Below, in pieces: positions 37,705 through 52,377 of a DNA stretch of 64,000 bases; within the stretch, counting starts at the first letter, position 1; every line of letters starts with the position of its first letter. The DNA lies in the NCBI GenBank assembly GCA_977862235.1, contig OZ374562.1, forward strand, positions 2,480,001 through 2,544,000, given 5' to 3'. The notes under the pieces are model-generated. The model was not told where the DNA came from. It searched no databases and was given only the letters and a program-made list of their open reading frames with translations. This stretch comes from Dudresnaya verticillata. Lineage: Eukaryota. The position numbers were made by a program, and so were the translations under genes.

Positions 37705-40700
37705 AAGTGTACAGAGAGATCTCCTTTGCAGCCTACCAAAATGTCAAGGTTTCAGAAGGTACTGTTTGTGAGGCGGTTGAGAGTGAAGTCATAGAAGGTA
37801 TGAATTTTGTATCGTCCATGTCTGTCAATGTTGGTAAGTATGTGGGCAGCATAGTGTGAAGATTTTTTGTTGTATCTTATCGCTTTTGGTCGTCGCTGTT
37901 ATAGCTGTGGCTGCGAAGCAAGTGTGATTATGTTGTTATGTTATTGTGGGATCCCAGTTATTGTTGGAGCCATCGAAAGTAGTTTAGCAGCACGAGAGGT
38001 TGAAGTAAATGTCGCCATGTAGATGCTTCTGTCAATACCCAATTCCATCGGTGTTCATAACAATCGGGCCTGAGAGCGCACAAATCGGTGCCTTTTTTTC
38101 GACGACCAAGTCTAAGGCAGGGAATGGGTGACATTAAACAATTATCTGCAAAAGTAGTTCGTGTCTCTCTAACAATGAGTTGGCTTGACTGAACAAAAGG
38201 GAACCCCGAAAGCATCTACTCCGTGTCTCCATACTTTGAAGACAACAGAAAGATCTATCCAGGCTTCAGGCTCCGGGCTGCCCCTCCGGGCTGTAGGAAG
38301 AGCCTGGTCATCAGGGAGAATTCAGTAATGTTCTCTATATTTTTCCTCATAGTTCGTTAGTGTTACAGTGCGTCGCCGTCTCAGTTAACAGGCGTAAGCT
38401 TGTTGACCGCCGTGTTAGAAACAGTGCATATTAAGTCCCCTTAAGGGGCTTACTCTCCAATTTGAGAATAAAGGGATGCTTGCTCATAGCGATGCTGCGG
38501 TATAGCAAGGCGTAAAGGAGATTGGCAACATAATTATACTTATTCAACAAATGCATTCATGATCATCACAACTTTATTGAAGCAAGACGAAGCTGCTTTG
38601 AACACTGAAATCCAGTGCTATCCCTTGCAGGAAATATTTCATATGAAAGAAGAGCAGCAGAAGTCCTGCCGCATAGCCACATGCATAATAAAACACTCCT
38701 AACCCTGCGGCCAACACGCTTACGCCTGCTATTTGTGTTGAATACTGTCTTACTACATCACTCGTGGACGACATCACTTGGTGTAATCGCACTAACCTCA
38801 GCAAGTGTTTATCCGCCAAGTTGCATAAGTGGACGTGTTGAGAAAGAAAGTGAGCTGTGTAGCGTCAACCAATTTTGCGGATGGGGTAAGCAAACATTGA
38901 GGTGGATGCTGAATTCATCTTGTGTGATTGTTAATCGTTTTGTTTAGATGTATTACTTGAGGTCTATGGTCTCCACACTCTATTAGGAACAGACCTGCCT
39001 TTAGCATGTCGTGGTTTAGCAATGACTACGAAGCAGTACAAGTACTCTACCGGATCTCGGGTTTGATACCAGGACACTACGCTTTGAGAACAACTATCAC
39101 CATATCCAACACCCACGAAGAAGAAAAAAGAACTGTTCTCAGCCTACATATACGTGTGACCTGCAGCTTTTGAACAGAACTGTAACAGCGGGCCTCTACA
39201 TATAGCAATACAAAGTAAAGGATGGGTCTTAAACGAGAAACTAATATTGCTCTCCAGCTGCCTTAACGCAGTACGAAGCATTCTGTCCCCGCGCTGCAAT
39301 AATCACTTCGATGACATTAATACCACATAAAGCATTGTCGGGGGATGGATTACATCCCTTAAGAGTAGGAAAACAACTTATTGAATCCGGAAAGGATAGG
39401 GTATCGTCTACAGTCGCAACACTCGTACCTTTACAACCTTTTCTTCCGAGAGTTGAACGTATCGTTACATCAGGCTAATTCTGTTATTGTGAAATAGAAC
39501 CAACCCCTTATGAATATGGGCATGTAGCAGACCGGGATAAAGATCTCGCGATATTTGCACCTTCGCGGATTCGGTCCAAAATGATTTGAAGGCACAGCAA
39601 TCATAGCAATACTGTATGGACGTTTTCGTTGATGTCCTTCGCAGCGTGGCTTCGCACCAACTGCTCAAGCGTTTGATGTCTCGGTTGTAACTCCGCACTC
39701 TTCCTCTTCTCGTGCTCTGCCTCGAGCCCATCTTGCGATTCAATCTCGTGAAAAGGAAAAAGTCCGCCACTATCGTAGGCTCTGCGAAAACAACCATTTC
39801 CAGTCGATTTCGAACTACATCCCATGGCTATGGACATCTATGGCTCCATCGGCCATGGCTTTGATCGCGGTGCGCAACTGTACACAATCTGCTCTCAACA
39901 CAATCTTGCGAGTATCGCAAGTGATGCTTGCGGGTGTAATGTGTAAGCCCCTCCCTTTTGTGTCATTATGGTCATCTTAAAGGGAGAAGCGTTTTATCCG
40001 GGTCCGAGTTGCTCACCGCAACAATCACAGCCCGTTTCCCTTTCGTCCGGGCGTCTTCCTGAAGTATGAGAACATGAAACCATGCTGCATACGGACAAAT
40101 TCTGTGGGTTACAACAGGGTCCGATCCATATAATTGTCGCCTGTGGAGAAAGAAAAAGGGCAAGCAATAAGGAATCCTAAAAGCAAAGGTAACACCCCGT
40201 GTGCAATAGAATGTATCTAGTAATAGAATACAATTCGACTATCTTGTCCGGTAAGCCCATTGCACTCTAAAGCAGTTGTGCAGTAGCTAGTGATACTTAA
40301 CAAAACTTGCTTGGCTGCTATGGACCGAGTATAACTTCACTATAGGTTTTGTGAGGCAATAAGGGTAGCCCCGTTTTCATCCGTGGAAACGTTTGTCGAG
40401 CCCTGACGAGAAGTGCCATCGAATACCTTAATATTTGTCGCTATGCTGCTGTTGTGCTATGCCTTCTCTTTCCACAGTACTGCAGTTCACAGTACAGTAC
40501 CCAAATTCCCAATCCCGACTTTATAGTGCGCTTCATCGGCTCATCGTAGTCGAAGGTTCAAAGCTCCCTCAACCACACACGCCGAGTCGGGTTTCTAATC
40601 CACACAACAAGAACACATGGTGAATATTCCGCTCCCAACACATTGCCTTGTTGTTCAGTCTTCACGTTTGCAGACAAACCTAATGTAACAGCTACAGACT

Positions 40701-42067
40701 TGATTTGTTTTTATGTAAGAGGCCGGCAATGTAACAGACAATGCACACTCCACTTTTCATGAAGTGCATACATCGAGTGAAACTGTTTACGACCATTACC
40801 ACACATCCTGGACGTTAGCAATTTTGGCGCTCTGTACGGATTCCTGACCACAAGGCAGGAGCGCATCATAACGCGCTCTAGCGTTCTAGTATGGATCTAG
40901 CCGTTCAGCAGATCTAGCGCTGTCTCCGATGGCGCGGAAGACATAAGAGATTTCTCCGAGACACTACTGTATATTGAGTTTCCGAAGCGCATTCGAGAAA
41001 GGCCTTGCTGGGAACGGCGGCCGCATCGCGATGGTGCTGTGCTACGTATTTCGTTCCATGGCTATGCTTTTCTTCCGTCGTGGAGATAGCGTGGCTTACT
41101 TGTGACCTTGACTTTGAGTAGTTAACAGCTGGTGCATACAACACTTGAATGCAATGAGGGTATCGCCATGCAATGGTGCTAATTCAATTGCCAGTGTAGC
41201 AAACGGAAGCACACGCTTCACGGTCGCACTACACGAACGGCTGAGAACCGCGAACAACAGAGGTAGTGTTCAGACACTCCAGACCCTCCATTCGCACTAT
41301 GACGGCTGCTTCCATAACGGCATGTCACATTGTCTACATATTGAATGCGGTTGTGTGCCCTGTTGCGAAGATTCGAGTCCGCTTCCGCACTGCAGTTGTT
41401 CCATCCATCCAGAACCTATATTTTATGTTAGCTATCTTTTATCCACATACTCAGCCCCAGACCCCAAACAGTATACCTCTATGTTGACAATACCTAGAGT
41501 CTGTAGTATAGCTATGCTTCTAGCTCTATACATAGAGTGTGCATGCCACGGAACTCGAACCGCTTTGTTAAATATTCTACGCTACAGCAGTAGCACTGAA
41601 ACGGTTTCCGACCTCTTATTCTGCCGAACAAGGTCGAGACTACTTTGCCCGCACACATGCGCAGTTGCAACAGTTTCAACACCTATCTTTTAATGCAATG
41701 CCAACATGGTGTTAGACAAAGCGTTCTGCATCGAATGCGTCCTTCTGCATCTACAGGATGCAATCCTGCAAGCCGACGCTGCGAACTTTACCATCTACAC
41801 ATCCTTCAACTTTATTTTTCCAGTCATGACCGGCCGCAGTTCTCTCACGCAGTTCTCTCACACCGAATTGGTAGAACAAAGTTCCTTCCGTTCCGTACTT
41901 AAAGCCCTTAACGTCTCAATCGCAGTCCAAAATATTCCCACCCACCACACCCCCATCGCATCACATCTACCTGTTATTACAGGTACAAACGTAGTCAAAA
42001 GAACTGCACAGGTAGGTACCCTGCCCCTTCATCAACTCTCCGTCGCCTACCAACTCAACAGCTCAAT

Positions 42068-42595
42068 ATGTTTACTCGATTTGTCCTTTTTGTGGCACTC
42101 GTGCTCCCGTATTTATGCTCTGCTGTCAGGTGCCCTCTCCGTGGTGTCTGTGTGCCGGATTATATTTGCCGTATCCAAGGCCGTCGGCCCTTGCACGGGA
42201 ATTATTGTGGGCATCAGAGAGGCGTTGAATGCTGCCCCTACTTCAGGTACCGGTTTTGCTCTGTCGATCGAGGGCGTTTTCTCGACCGTGCACAAGGGGT
42301 TTGCCAACCTAGCTCTACATGCCGCGGAAAAGGTGCATACTCCGTCGAGACGTCACAATGCAGTTCTGGTCACTTTATTACATGCTGTGTTGGCTCCTCC
42401 ATACTGCCATATCTACCTGGCCCTTCCAGTGATCCACGGTATCCATACAGAAAGGCTGTTTCTGCGACTCGTACAGGGACGTCCAAGGGGTCAGTGAGAG
42501 CACTTACTACGGCCGCCACGGAGACCACCACGAAGACTTTGGAAGACACCTCTGTGGGATTGGAAAGGCGTACCAAGGATACCATCCAGCACTAG
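42068..42595 (+). CDS. Secreted double 6-Cys-module protein, copy 9
   Basis: Translation identical to copy 1. Confidence 0.85.
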   Translation: MFTRFVLFVALVLPYLCSAVRCPLRGVCVPDYICRIQGRRPLHGNYCGHQRGVECCPYFRYRFCSVDRGRFLDRAQGVCQPSSTCRGKGAYSVETSQCSSGHFITCCVGSSILPYLPGPSSDPRYPYRKAVSATRTGTSKGSVRALTTAATETTTKTLEDTSVGLERRTKDTIQH

Positions 42596-45500
42596 AAGTG
42601 TACAGAGAGATCTCCTTTGCAGCCTACCAAAATGTCAAGGTTTCAGAAGGTACTGTTTGTGAGGCGGTTGAGAGTGAAGTCATAGAAGGTATGAATTTTG
42701 TATCGTCCATGTCTGTCAATGTTGGTAAGTATGTGGGCAGCATAGTGTGAAGATTTTTTGTTGTATCTTATCGCTTTTGGTCGTCGCTGTTATAGCTGTG
42801 GCTGCGAAGCAAGTGTGATTATGTTGTTATGTTATTGTGGGATCCCAGTTATTGTTGGAGCCATCGAAAGTAGTTTAGCAGCACGAGAGGTTGAAGTAAA
42901 TGTCGCCATGTAGATGCTTCTGTCAATACCCAATTCCATCGGTGTTCATAACAATCGGGCCTGAGAGCGCACAAATCGGTGCCTTTTTTTCGACGACCAA
43001 GTCTAAGGCAGGGAATGGGTGACATTAAACAATTATCTGCAAAAGTAGTTCGTGTCTCTCTAACAATGAGTTGGCTTGACTGAACAAAAGGGAACCCCGA
43101 AAGCATCTACTCCGTGTCTCCATACTTTGAAGACAACAGAAAGATCTATCCAGGCTTCAGGCTCCGGGCTGCCCCTCCGGGCTGTAGGAAGAGCCTGGTC
43201 ATCAGGGAGAATTCAGTAATGTTCTCTATATTTTTCCTCATAGTTCGTTAGTGTTACAGTGCGTCGCCGTCTCAGTTAACAGGCGTAAGCTTGTTGACCG
43301 CCGTGTTAGAAACAGTGCATATTAAGTCCCCTTAAGGGGCTTACTCTCCAATTTGAGAATAAAGGGATGCTTGCTCATAGCGATGCTGCGGTATAGCAAG
43401 GCGTAAAGGAGATTGGCAACATAATTATACTTATTCAACAAATGCATTCATGATCATCACAACTTTATTGAAGCAAGACGAAGCTGCTTTGAACACTGAA
43501 ATCCAGTGCTATCCCTTGCAGGAAATATTTCATATGAAAGAAGAGCAGCAGAAGTCCTGCCGCATAGCCACATGCATAATAAAACACTCCTAACCCTGCG
43601 GCCAACACGCTTACGCCTGCTATTTGTGTTGAATACTGTCTTACTACATCACTCGTGGACGACATCACTTGGTGTAATCGCACTAACCTCAGCAAGTGTT
43701 TATCCGCCAAGTTGCATAAGTGGACGTGTTGAGAAAGAAAGTGAGCTGTGTAGCGTCAACCAATTTTGCGGATGAGGTAAGCAAACATTGAGGTGGATGC
43801 TGAATTCATCTTGTGTGATTGTTAATCGTTTTGTTTAGATGTATTACTTGAGGTCTATGGTCTCCACACTCTATTAGGAACAGACCTGCCTTTAGCATGT
43901 CGTGGTTTAGCAATGACTACGAAGCAGTACAAGTACTCTACCGGATCTCGGGTTTGATACCAGGACACTACGCTTTGAGAACAACTATCACCATATCCAA
44001 CACCCACGAAGAAGAAAAAAGAACTGTTCTCAGCCTACATATACGTGTGACCTGCAGCTTTTGAACAGAACTGTAACAGCGGGCCTCTACATATAGCAAT
44101 ACAAAGTAAAGGATGGGTCTTAAACGAGAAACTAATATTGCTCTCCAGCTGCCTTAACGCAGTACGAAGCATTCTGTCCCCGCGCTGCAATAATCACTTC
44201 GATGACATTAATACCACATAAAGCATTGTCGGGGGATGGATTACATCCCTTAAGAGTAGGAAAACAACTTATTGAATCCGGAAAGGATAGGGTATCGTCT
44301 ACAGTCGCAACACTCGTACCTTTACAACCTTTTCTTCCGAGAGTTGAACGTATCGTTACATCAGGCTAATTCTGTTATTGTGAAATAGAACCAACCCCTT
44401 ATGAATATGGGCATGTAGCAGACCGGGATAAAGATCTCGCGATATTTGCACCTTCGCGGATTCGGTCCAAAATGATTTGAAGGCACAGCAATCATAGCAA
44501 TACTGTATGGACGTTTTCGTTGATGTCCTTCGCAGCGTGGCTTCGCACCAACTGCTCAAGCGTTTGATGTCTCGGTTGTAACTCCGCACTCTTCCTCTTC
44601 TCGTGCTCTGCCTCGAGCCCATCTTGCGATTCAATCTCGTGAAAAGGAAAAAGTCCGCCACTATCGTAGGCTCTGCGAAAACAACCATTTCCAGTCGATT
44701 TCGAACTACATCCCATGGCTATGGACATCTATGGCTCCATCGGCCATGGCTTTGATCGCGGTGCGCAACTGTACACAATCTGCTCTCAACACAATCTTGC
44801 GAGTATCGCAAGTGATGCTTGCGGGTGTAATGTGTAAGCCCCTCCCTTTTGTGTCATTATGGTCATCTTAAAGGGAGAAGCGTTTTATCCGGGTCCGAGT
44901 TGCTCACCGCAACAATCACAGCCCGTTTCCCTTTCGTCCGGGCGTCTTCCTGAAGTATGAGAACATGAAACCATGCTGCATACGGACAAATTCTGTGGGT
45001 TACAACAGGGTCCGATCCATATAATTGTCGCCTGTGGAGAAAGAAAAAGGGCAAGCAATAAGGAATCCTAAAAGCAAAGGTAACACCCCGTGTGCAATAG
45101 AATGTATCTAGTAATAGAATACAATTCGACTATCTTGTCCGGTAAGCCCATTGCACTCTAAAGCAGTTGTGCAGTAGCTAGTGATACTTAACAAAACTTG
45201 CTTGGCTGCTATGGACCGAGTATAACTTCACTATAGGTTTTGTGAGGCAATAAGGGTAGCCCCGTTTTCATCCGTGGAAACGTTTGTCGAGCCCTGACGA
45301 GAAGTGCCATCGAATACCTTAATATTTGTCGCTATGCTGCTGTTGTGCTATGCCTTCTCTTTCCACAGTACTGCAGTTCACAGTACAGTACCCAAATTCC
45401 CAATCCCGACTTTATAGTGCGCTTCATCGGCTCATCGTAGTCGAAGGTTCAAAGCTCCCTCAACCACACACGCCGAGTCGGGTTTCTAATCCACACAACA

Positions 45501-46958
45501 AGAACACATGGTGAATATTCCGCTCCCAACACATTGCCTTGTTGTTCAGTCTTCACGTTTGCAGACAAACCTAATGTAACAGCTACAGACTTGATTTGTT
45601 TTTATGTAAGAGGCCGGCAATGTAACAGACAATGCACACTCCACTTTTCATGAAGTGCATACATCGAGTGAAACTGTTTACGACCATTACCACACATCCT
45701 GGACGTTAGCAATTTTGGCGCTCTGTACGGATTCCTGACCACAAGGCAGGAGCGCATCATAACGCGCTCTAGCGTTCTAGTATGGATCTAGCCGTTCAGC
45801 AGATCTAGCGCTGTCTCCGATGGCGCGGAAGACATAAGAGATTTCTCCGAGACACTACTGTATATTGAGTTTCCGAAGCGCATTCGAGAAAGGCCTTGCT
45901 GGGAACGGCGGCCGCATCGCGATGGTGCTGTGCTACGTATTTCGTTCCATGGCTATGCTTTTCTTCCGTCGTGGAGATAGCGTGGCTTACTTGTGACCTT
46001 GACTTTGAGTAGTTAACAGCTGGTGCATACAACACTTGAATGCAATGAGGGTATCGCCATGCAATGGTGCTAATTCAATTGCCAGTGTAGCAAACGGAAG
46101 CACACGCTTCACGGTCGCACTACACGAACGGCTGAGAACCGCGAACAACAGAGGTAGTGTTCAGACACTCCAGACCCTCCATTCGCACTATGACGGCTGC
46201 TTCCATAACGGCATGTCACATTGTCTACATATTGAATGCGGTTGTGTGCCCTGTTGCGAAGATTCGAGTCCGCTTCCGCACTGCAGTTGTTCCATCCATC
46301 CAGAACCTATATTTTATGTTAGCTATCTGTTATCCACATACTCAGCCCCAGACCCCAAACAGTATACCTCTATGTTGACAATACCTAGAGTCTGTAGTAT
46401 AGCTATGCTTCTAGCTCTATACATAGAGTGTGCATGCCACGGAACTCGAACCGCTTTGTTAAATATTCTACGCTACAGCAGTAGCACTGAAACGGTTTCC
46501 GACCTCTTATTCTGCCGAACAAGGTCGAGACTACTTTGCCCGCACACATGCGCAGTTGCAACAGTTTCAACACCTATCTTTTAATGCAATGCCAACATGG
46601 TGTTAGACAAAGCGTTCTGCATCGAATGCGTCCTTCTGCATCTACAGGATGCAATCCTGCAAGCCGACGCTGCGAACTTTACCATCTACACATCCTTCAA
46701 CTTTATTTTTCCAGTCATGACCGGCCGCAGTTCTCTCACGCAGTTCTCTCACACCGAATTGGTAGAACAAAGTTCCTTCCGTTCCGTACTTAAAGCCCTT
46801 AACGTCTCAATCGCAGTCCAAAATATTCCCACCCACCACACCCCCATCGCATCACATCTACCTGTTATTACAGGTACAAACGTAGTCAAAAGAACTGCAC
46901 AGGTAGGTACCCTGCCCCTTCATCAACTCTCCGTCGCCTACCAACTCAACAGCTCAAT

Positions 46959-47486
46959 ATGTTTACTCGATTTGTCCTTTTTGTGGCACTCGTGCTCCCG
47001 TATTTATGCTCTGCTGTCAGGTGCCCTCTCCGTGGTGTCTGTGTGCCGGATTATATTTGCCGTATCCAAGGCCGTCGGCCCTTGCACGGGAATTATTGTG
47101 GGCATCAGAGAGGCGTTGAATGCTGCCCCTACTTCAGGTACCGGTTTTGCTCTGTCGATCGAGGGCGTTTTCTCGACCGTGCACAAGGGGTTTGCCAACC
47201 TAGCTCTACATGCCGCGGAAAAGGTGCATACTCCGTCGAGACGTCACAATGCAGTTCTGGTCACTTTATTACATGCTGTGTTGGCTCCTCCATACTGCCA
47301 TATCTACCTGGCCCTTCCAGTGATCCACGGTATCCATACAGAAAGGCTGTTTCTGCGACTCGTACAGGGACGTCCAAGGGGTCAGTGAGAGCACTTACTA
47401 CGGCCGCCACGGAGACCACCACGAAGACTTTGGAAGACACCTCTGTGGGATTGGAAAGGCGTACCAAGGATACCATCCAGCACTAG
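46959..47486 (+). CDS. Secreted double 6-Cys-module protein, copy 10
   Basis: Translation identical to copy 1. Confidence 0.85.
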   Translation: MFTRFVLFVALVLPYLCSAVRCPLRGVCVPDYICRIQGRRPLHGNYCGHQRGVECCPYFRYRFCSVDRGRFLDRAQGVCQPSSTCRGKGAYSVETSQCSSGHFITCCVGSSILPYLPGPSSDPRYPYRKAVSATRTGTSKGSVRALTTAATETTTKTLEDTSVGLERRTKDTIQH

Positions 47487-50400
47487 AAGTGTACAGAGAG
47501 ATCTCCTTTGCAGCCTACCAAAATGTCAAGGTTTCAGAAGGTACTGTTTGTGAGGCGGTTGAGAGTGAAGTCATAGAAGGTATGAATTTTGTATCGTCCA
47601 TGTCTGTCAATGTTGGTAAGTATGTGGGCAGCATAGTGTGAAGATTTTTTGTTGTATCTTATCGCTTTTGGTCGTCGCTGTTATAGCTGTGGCTGCGAAG
47701 CAAGTGTGATTATGTTGTTATGTTATTGTGGGATCCCAGTTATTGTTGGAGCCATCGAAAGTAGTTTAGCAGCACGAGAGGTTGAAGTAAATGTCGCCAT
47801 GTAGATGCTTCTGTCAATACCCAATTCCATCGGTGTTCATAACAATCGGGCCTGAGAGCGCACAAATCGGTGCCTTTTTTTCGACGACCAAGTCTAAGGC
47901 AGGGAATGGGTGACATTAAACAATTATCTGCAAAAGTAGTTCGTGTCTCTCTAACAATGAGTTGGCTTGACTGAACAAAAGGGAACCCCGAAAGCATCTA
48001 CTCCGTGTCTCCATACTTTGAAGACAACAGAAAGATCTATCCAGGCTTCAGGCTCCGGGCTGCCCCTCCGGGCTGTAGGAAGAGCCTGGTCATCAGGGAG
48101 AATTCAGTAATGTTCTCTATATTTTTCCTCATAGTTCGTTAGTGTTACAGTGCGTCGCCGTCTCAGTTAACAGGCGTAAGCTTGTTGACCGCCGTGTTAG
48201 AAACAGTGCATATTAAGTCCCCTTAAGGGGCTTACTCTCCAATTTGAGAATAAAGGGATGCTTGCTCATAGCGATGCTGCGGTATAGCAAGGCGTAAAGG
48301 AGATTGGCAACATAATTATACTTATTCAACAAATGCATTCATGATCATCACAACTTTATTGAAGCAAGACGAAGCTGCTTTGAACACTGAAATCCAGTGC
48401 TATCCCTTGCAGGAAATATTTCATATGAAAGAAGAGCAGCAGAAGTCCTGCCGCATAGCCACATGCATAATAAAACACTCCTAACCCTGCGGCCAACACG
48501 CTTACGCCTGCTATTTGTGTTGAATACTGTCTTACTACATCACTCGTGGACGACATCACTTGGTGTAATCGCACTAACCTCAGCAAGTGTTTATCCGCCA
48601 AGTTGCATAAGTGGACGTGTTGAGAAAGAAAGTGAGCTGTGTAGCGTCAACCAATTTTGCGGATGAGGTAAGCAAACATTGAGGTGGATGCTGAATTCAT
48701 CTTGTGTGATTGTTAATCGTTTTGTTTAGATGTATTACTTGAGGTCTATGGTCTCCACACTCTATTAGGAACAGACCTGCCTTTAGCATGTCGTGGTTTA
48801 GCAATGACTACGAAGCAGTACAAGTACTCTACCGGATCTCGGGTTTGATACCAGGACACTACGCTTTGAGAACAACTATCACCATATCCAACACCCACGA
48901 AGAAGAAAAAAGAACTGTTCTCAGCCTACATATACGTGTGACCTGCAGCTTTTGAACAGAACTGTAACAGCGGGCCTCTACATATAGCAATACAAAGTAA
49001 AGGATGGGTCTTAAACGAGAAACTAATATTGCTCTCCAGCTGCCTTAACGCAGTACGAAGCATTCTGTCCCCGCGCTGCAATAATCACTTCGATGACATT
49101 AATACCACATAAAGCATTGTCGGGGGATGGATTACATCCCTTAAGAGTAGGAAAACAACTTATTGAATCCGGAAAGGATAGGGTATCGTCTACAGTCGCA
49201 ACACTCGTACCTTTACAACCTTTTCTTCCGAGAGTTGAACGTATCGTTACATCAGGCTAATTCTGTTATTGTGAAATAGAACCAACCCCTTATGAATATG
49301 GGCATGTAGCAGACCGGGATAAAGATCTCGCGATATTTGCACCTTCGCGGATTCGGTCCAAAATGATTTGAAGGCACAGCAATCATAGCAATACTGTATG
49401 GACGTTTTCGTTGATGTCCTTCGCAGCGTGGCTTCGCACCAACTGCTCAAGCGTTTGATGTCTCGGTTGTAACTCCGCACTCTTCCTCTTCTCGTGCTCT
49501 GCCTCGAGCCCATCTTGCGATTCAATCTCGTGAAAAGGAAAAAGTCCGCCACTATCGTAGGCTCTGCGAAAACAACCATTTCCAGTCGATTTCGAACTAC
49601 ATCCCATGGCTATGGACATCTATGGCTCCATCGGCCATGGCTTTGATCGCGGTGCGCAACTGTACACAATCTGCTCTCAACACAATCTTGCGAGTATCGC
49701 AAGTGATGCTTGCGGGTGTAATGTGTAAGCCCCTCCCTTTTGTGTCATTATGGTCATCTTAAAGGGAGAAGCGTTTTATCCGGGTCCGAGTTGCTCACCG
49801 CAACAATCACAGCCCGTTTCCCTTTCGTCCGGGCGTCTTCCTGAAGTATGAGAACATGAAACCATGCTGCATACGGACAAATTCTGTGGGTTACAACAGG
49901 GTCCGATCCATATAATTGTCGCCTGTGGAGAAAGAAAAAGGGCAAGCAATAAGGAATCCTAAAAGCAAAGGTAACACCCCGTGTGCAATAGAATGTATCT
50001 AGTAATAGAATACAATTCGACTATCTTGTCCGGTAAGCCCATTGCACTCTAAAGCAGTTGTGCAGTAGCTAGTGATACTTAACAAAACTTGCTTGGCTGC
50101 TATGGACCGAGTATAACTTCACTATAGGTTTTGTGAGGCAATAAGGGTAGCCCCGTTTTCATCCGTGGAAACGTTTGTCGAGCCCTGACGAGAAGTGCCA
50201 TCGAATACCTTAATATTTGTCGCTATGCTGCTGTTGTGCTATGCCTTCTCTTTCCACAGTACTGCAGTTCACAGTACAGTACCCAAATTCCCAATCCCGA
50301 CTTTATAGTGCGCTTCATCGGCTCATCGTAGTCGAAGGTTCAAAGCTCCCTCAACCACACACGCCGAGTCGGGTTTCTAATCCACACAACAAGAACACAT

Positions 50401-51849
50401 GGTGAATATTCCGCTCCCAACACATTGCCTTGTTGTTCAGTCTTCACGTTTGCAGACAAACCTAATGTAACAGCTACAGACTTGATTTGTTTTTATGTAA
50501 GAGGCCGGCAATGTAACAGACAATGCACACTCCACTTTTCATGAAGTGCATACATCGAGTGAAACTGTTTACGACCATTACCACACATCCTGGACGTTAG
50601 CAATTTTGGCGCTCTGTACGGATTCCTGACCACAAGGCAGGAGCGCATCATAACGCGCTCTAGCGTTCTAGTATGGATCTAGCCGTTCAGCAGATCTAGC
50701 GCTGTCTCCGATGGCGCGGAAGACATAAGAGATTTCTCCGAGACACTACTGTATATTGAGTTTCCGAAGCGCATTCGAGAAAGGCCTTGCTGGGAACGGC
50801 GGCCGCATCGCGATGGTGCTGTGCTACGTATTTCGTTCCATGGCTATGCTTTTCTTCCGTCGTGGAGATAGCGTGGCTTACTTGTGACCTTGACTTTGAG
50901 TAGTTAACAGCTGGTGCATACAACACTTGAATGCAATGAGGGTATCGCCATGCAATGGTGCTAATTCAATTGCCAGTGTAGCAAACGGAAGCACACGCTT
51001 CACGGTCGCACTACACGAACGGCTGAGAACCGCGAACAACAGAGGTAGTGTTCAGACACTCCAGACCCTCCATTCGCACTATGACGGCTGCTTCCATAAC
51101 GGCATGTCACATTGTCTACATATTGAATGCGGTTGTGTGCCCTGTTGCGAAGATTCGAGTCCGCTTCCGCACTGCAGTTGTTCCATCCATCCAGAACCTA
51201 TATTTTATGTTAGCTATCTGTTATCCACATACTCAGCCCCAGACCCCAAACAGTATACCTCTATGTTGACAATACCTAGAGTCTGTAGTATAGCTATGCT
51301 TCTAGCTCTATACATAGAGTGTGCATGCCACGGAACTCGAACCGCTTTGTTAAATATTCTACGCTACAGCAGTAGCACTGAAACGGTTTCCGACCTCTTA
51401 TTCTGCCGAACAAGGTCGAGACTACTTTGCCCGCACACATGCGCAGTTGCAACAGTTTCAACACCTATCTTTTAATGCAATGCCAACATGGTGTTAGACA
51501 AAGCGTTCTGCATCGAATGCGTCCTTCTGCATCTACAGGATGCAATCCTGCAAGCCGACGCTGCGAACTTTACCATCTACACATCCTTCAACTTTATTTT
51601 TCCAGTCATGACCGGCCGCAGTTCTCTCACGCAGTTCTCTCACACCGAATTGGTAGAACAAAGTTCCTTCCGTTCCGTACTTAAAGCCCTTAACGTCTCA
51701 ATCGCAGTCCAAAATATTCCCACCCACCACACCCCCATCGCATCACATCTACCTGTTATTACAGGTACAAACGTAGTCAAAAGAACTGCACAGGTAGGTA
51801 CCCTGCCCCTTCATCAACTCTCCGTCGCCTACCAACTCAACAGCTCAAT

Positions 51850-52377
51850 ATGTTTACTCGATTTGTCCTTTTTGTGGCACTCGTGCTCCCGTATTTATGC
51901 TCTGCTGTCAGGTGCCCTCTCCGTGGTGTCTGTGTGCCGGATTATATTTGCCGTATCCAAGGCCGTCGGCCCTTGCACGGGAATTATTGTGGGCATCAGA
52001 GAGGCGTTGAATGCTGCCCCTACTTCAGGTACCGGTTTTGCTCTGTCGATCGAGGGCGTTTTCTCGACCGTGCACAAGGGGTTTGCCAACCTAGCTCTAC
52101 ATGCCGCGGAAAAGGTGCATACTCCGTCGAGACGTCACAATGCAGTTCTGGTCACTTTATTACATGCTGTGTTGGCTCCTCCATACTGCCATATCTACCT
52201 GGCCCTTCCAGTGATCCACGGTATCCATACAGAAAGGCTGTTTCTGCGACTCGTACAGGGACGTCCAAGGGGTCAGTGAGAGCACTTACTACGGCCGCCA
52301 CGGAGACCACCACGAAGACTTTGGAAGACACCTCTGTGGGATTGGAAAGGCGTACCAAGGATACCATCCAGCACTAG
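51850..52377 (+). CDS. Secreted double 6-Cys-module protein, copy 11
   Basis: Translation identical to copy 1. Confidence 0.85.
   Translation: MFTRFVLFVALVLPYLCSAVRCPLRGVCVPDYICRIQGRRPLHGNYCGHQRGVECCPYFRYRFCSVDRGRFLDRAQGVCQPSSTCRGKGAYSVETSQCSSGHFITCCVGSSILPYLPGPSSDPRYPYRKAVSATRTGTSKGSVRALTTAATETTTKTLEDTSVGLERRTKDTIQH

Noticed and set aside
38615..38947. Extended 110-aa ORF in unit 8 and extended 97-aa ORF in unit 5 (20409-20702)
   Set aside because: Each results from a single SNP removing a stop codon in a spurious ORF.
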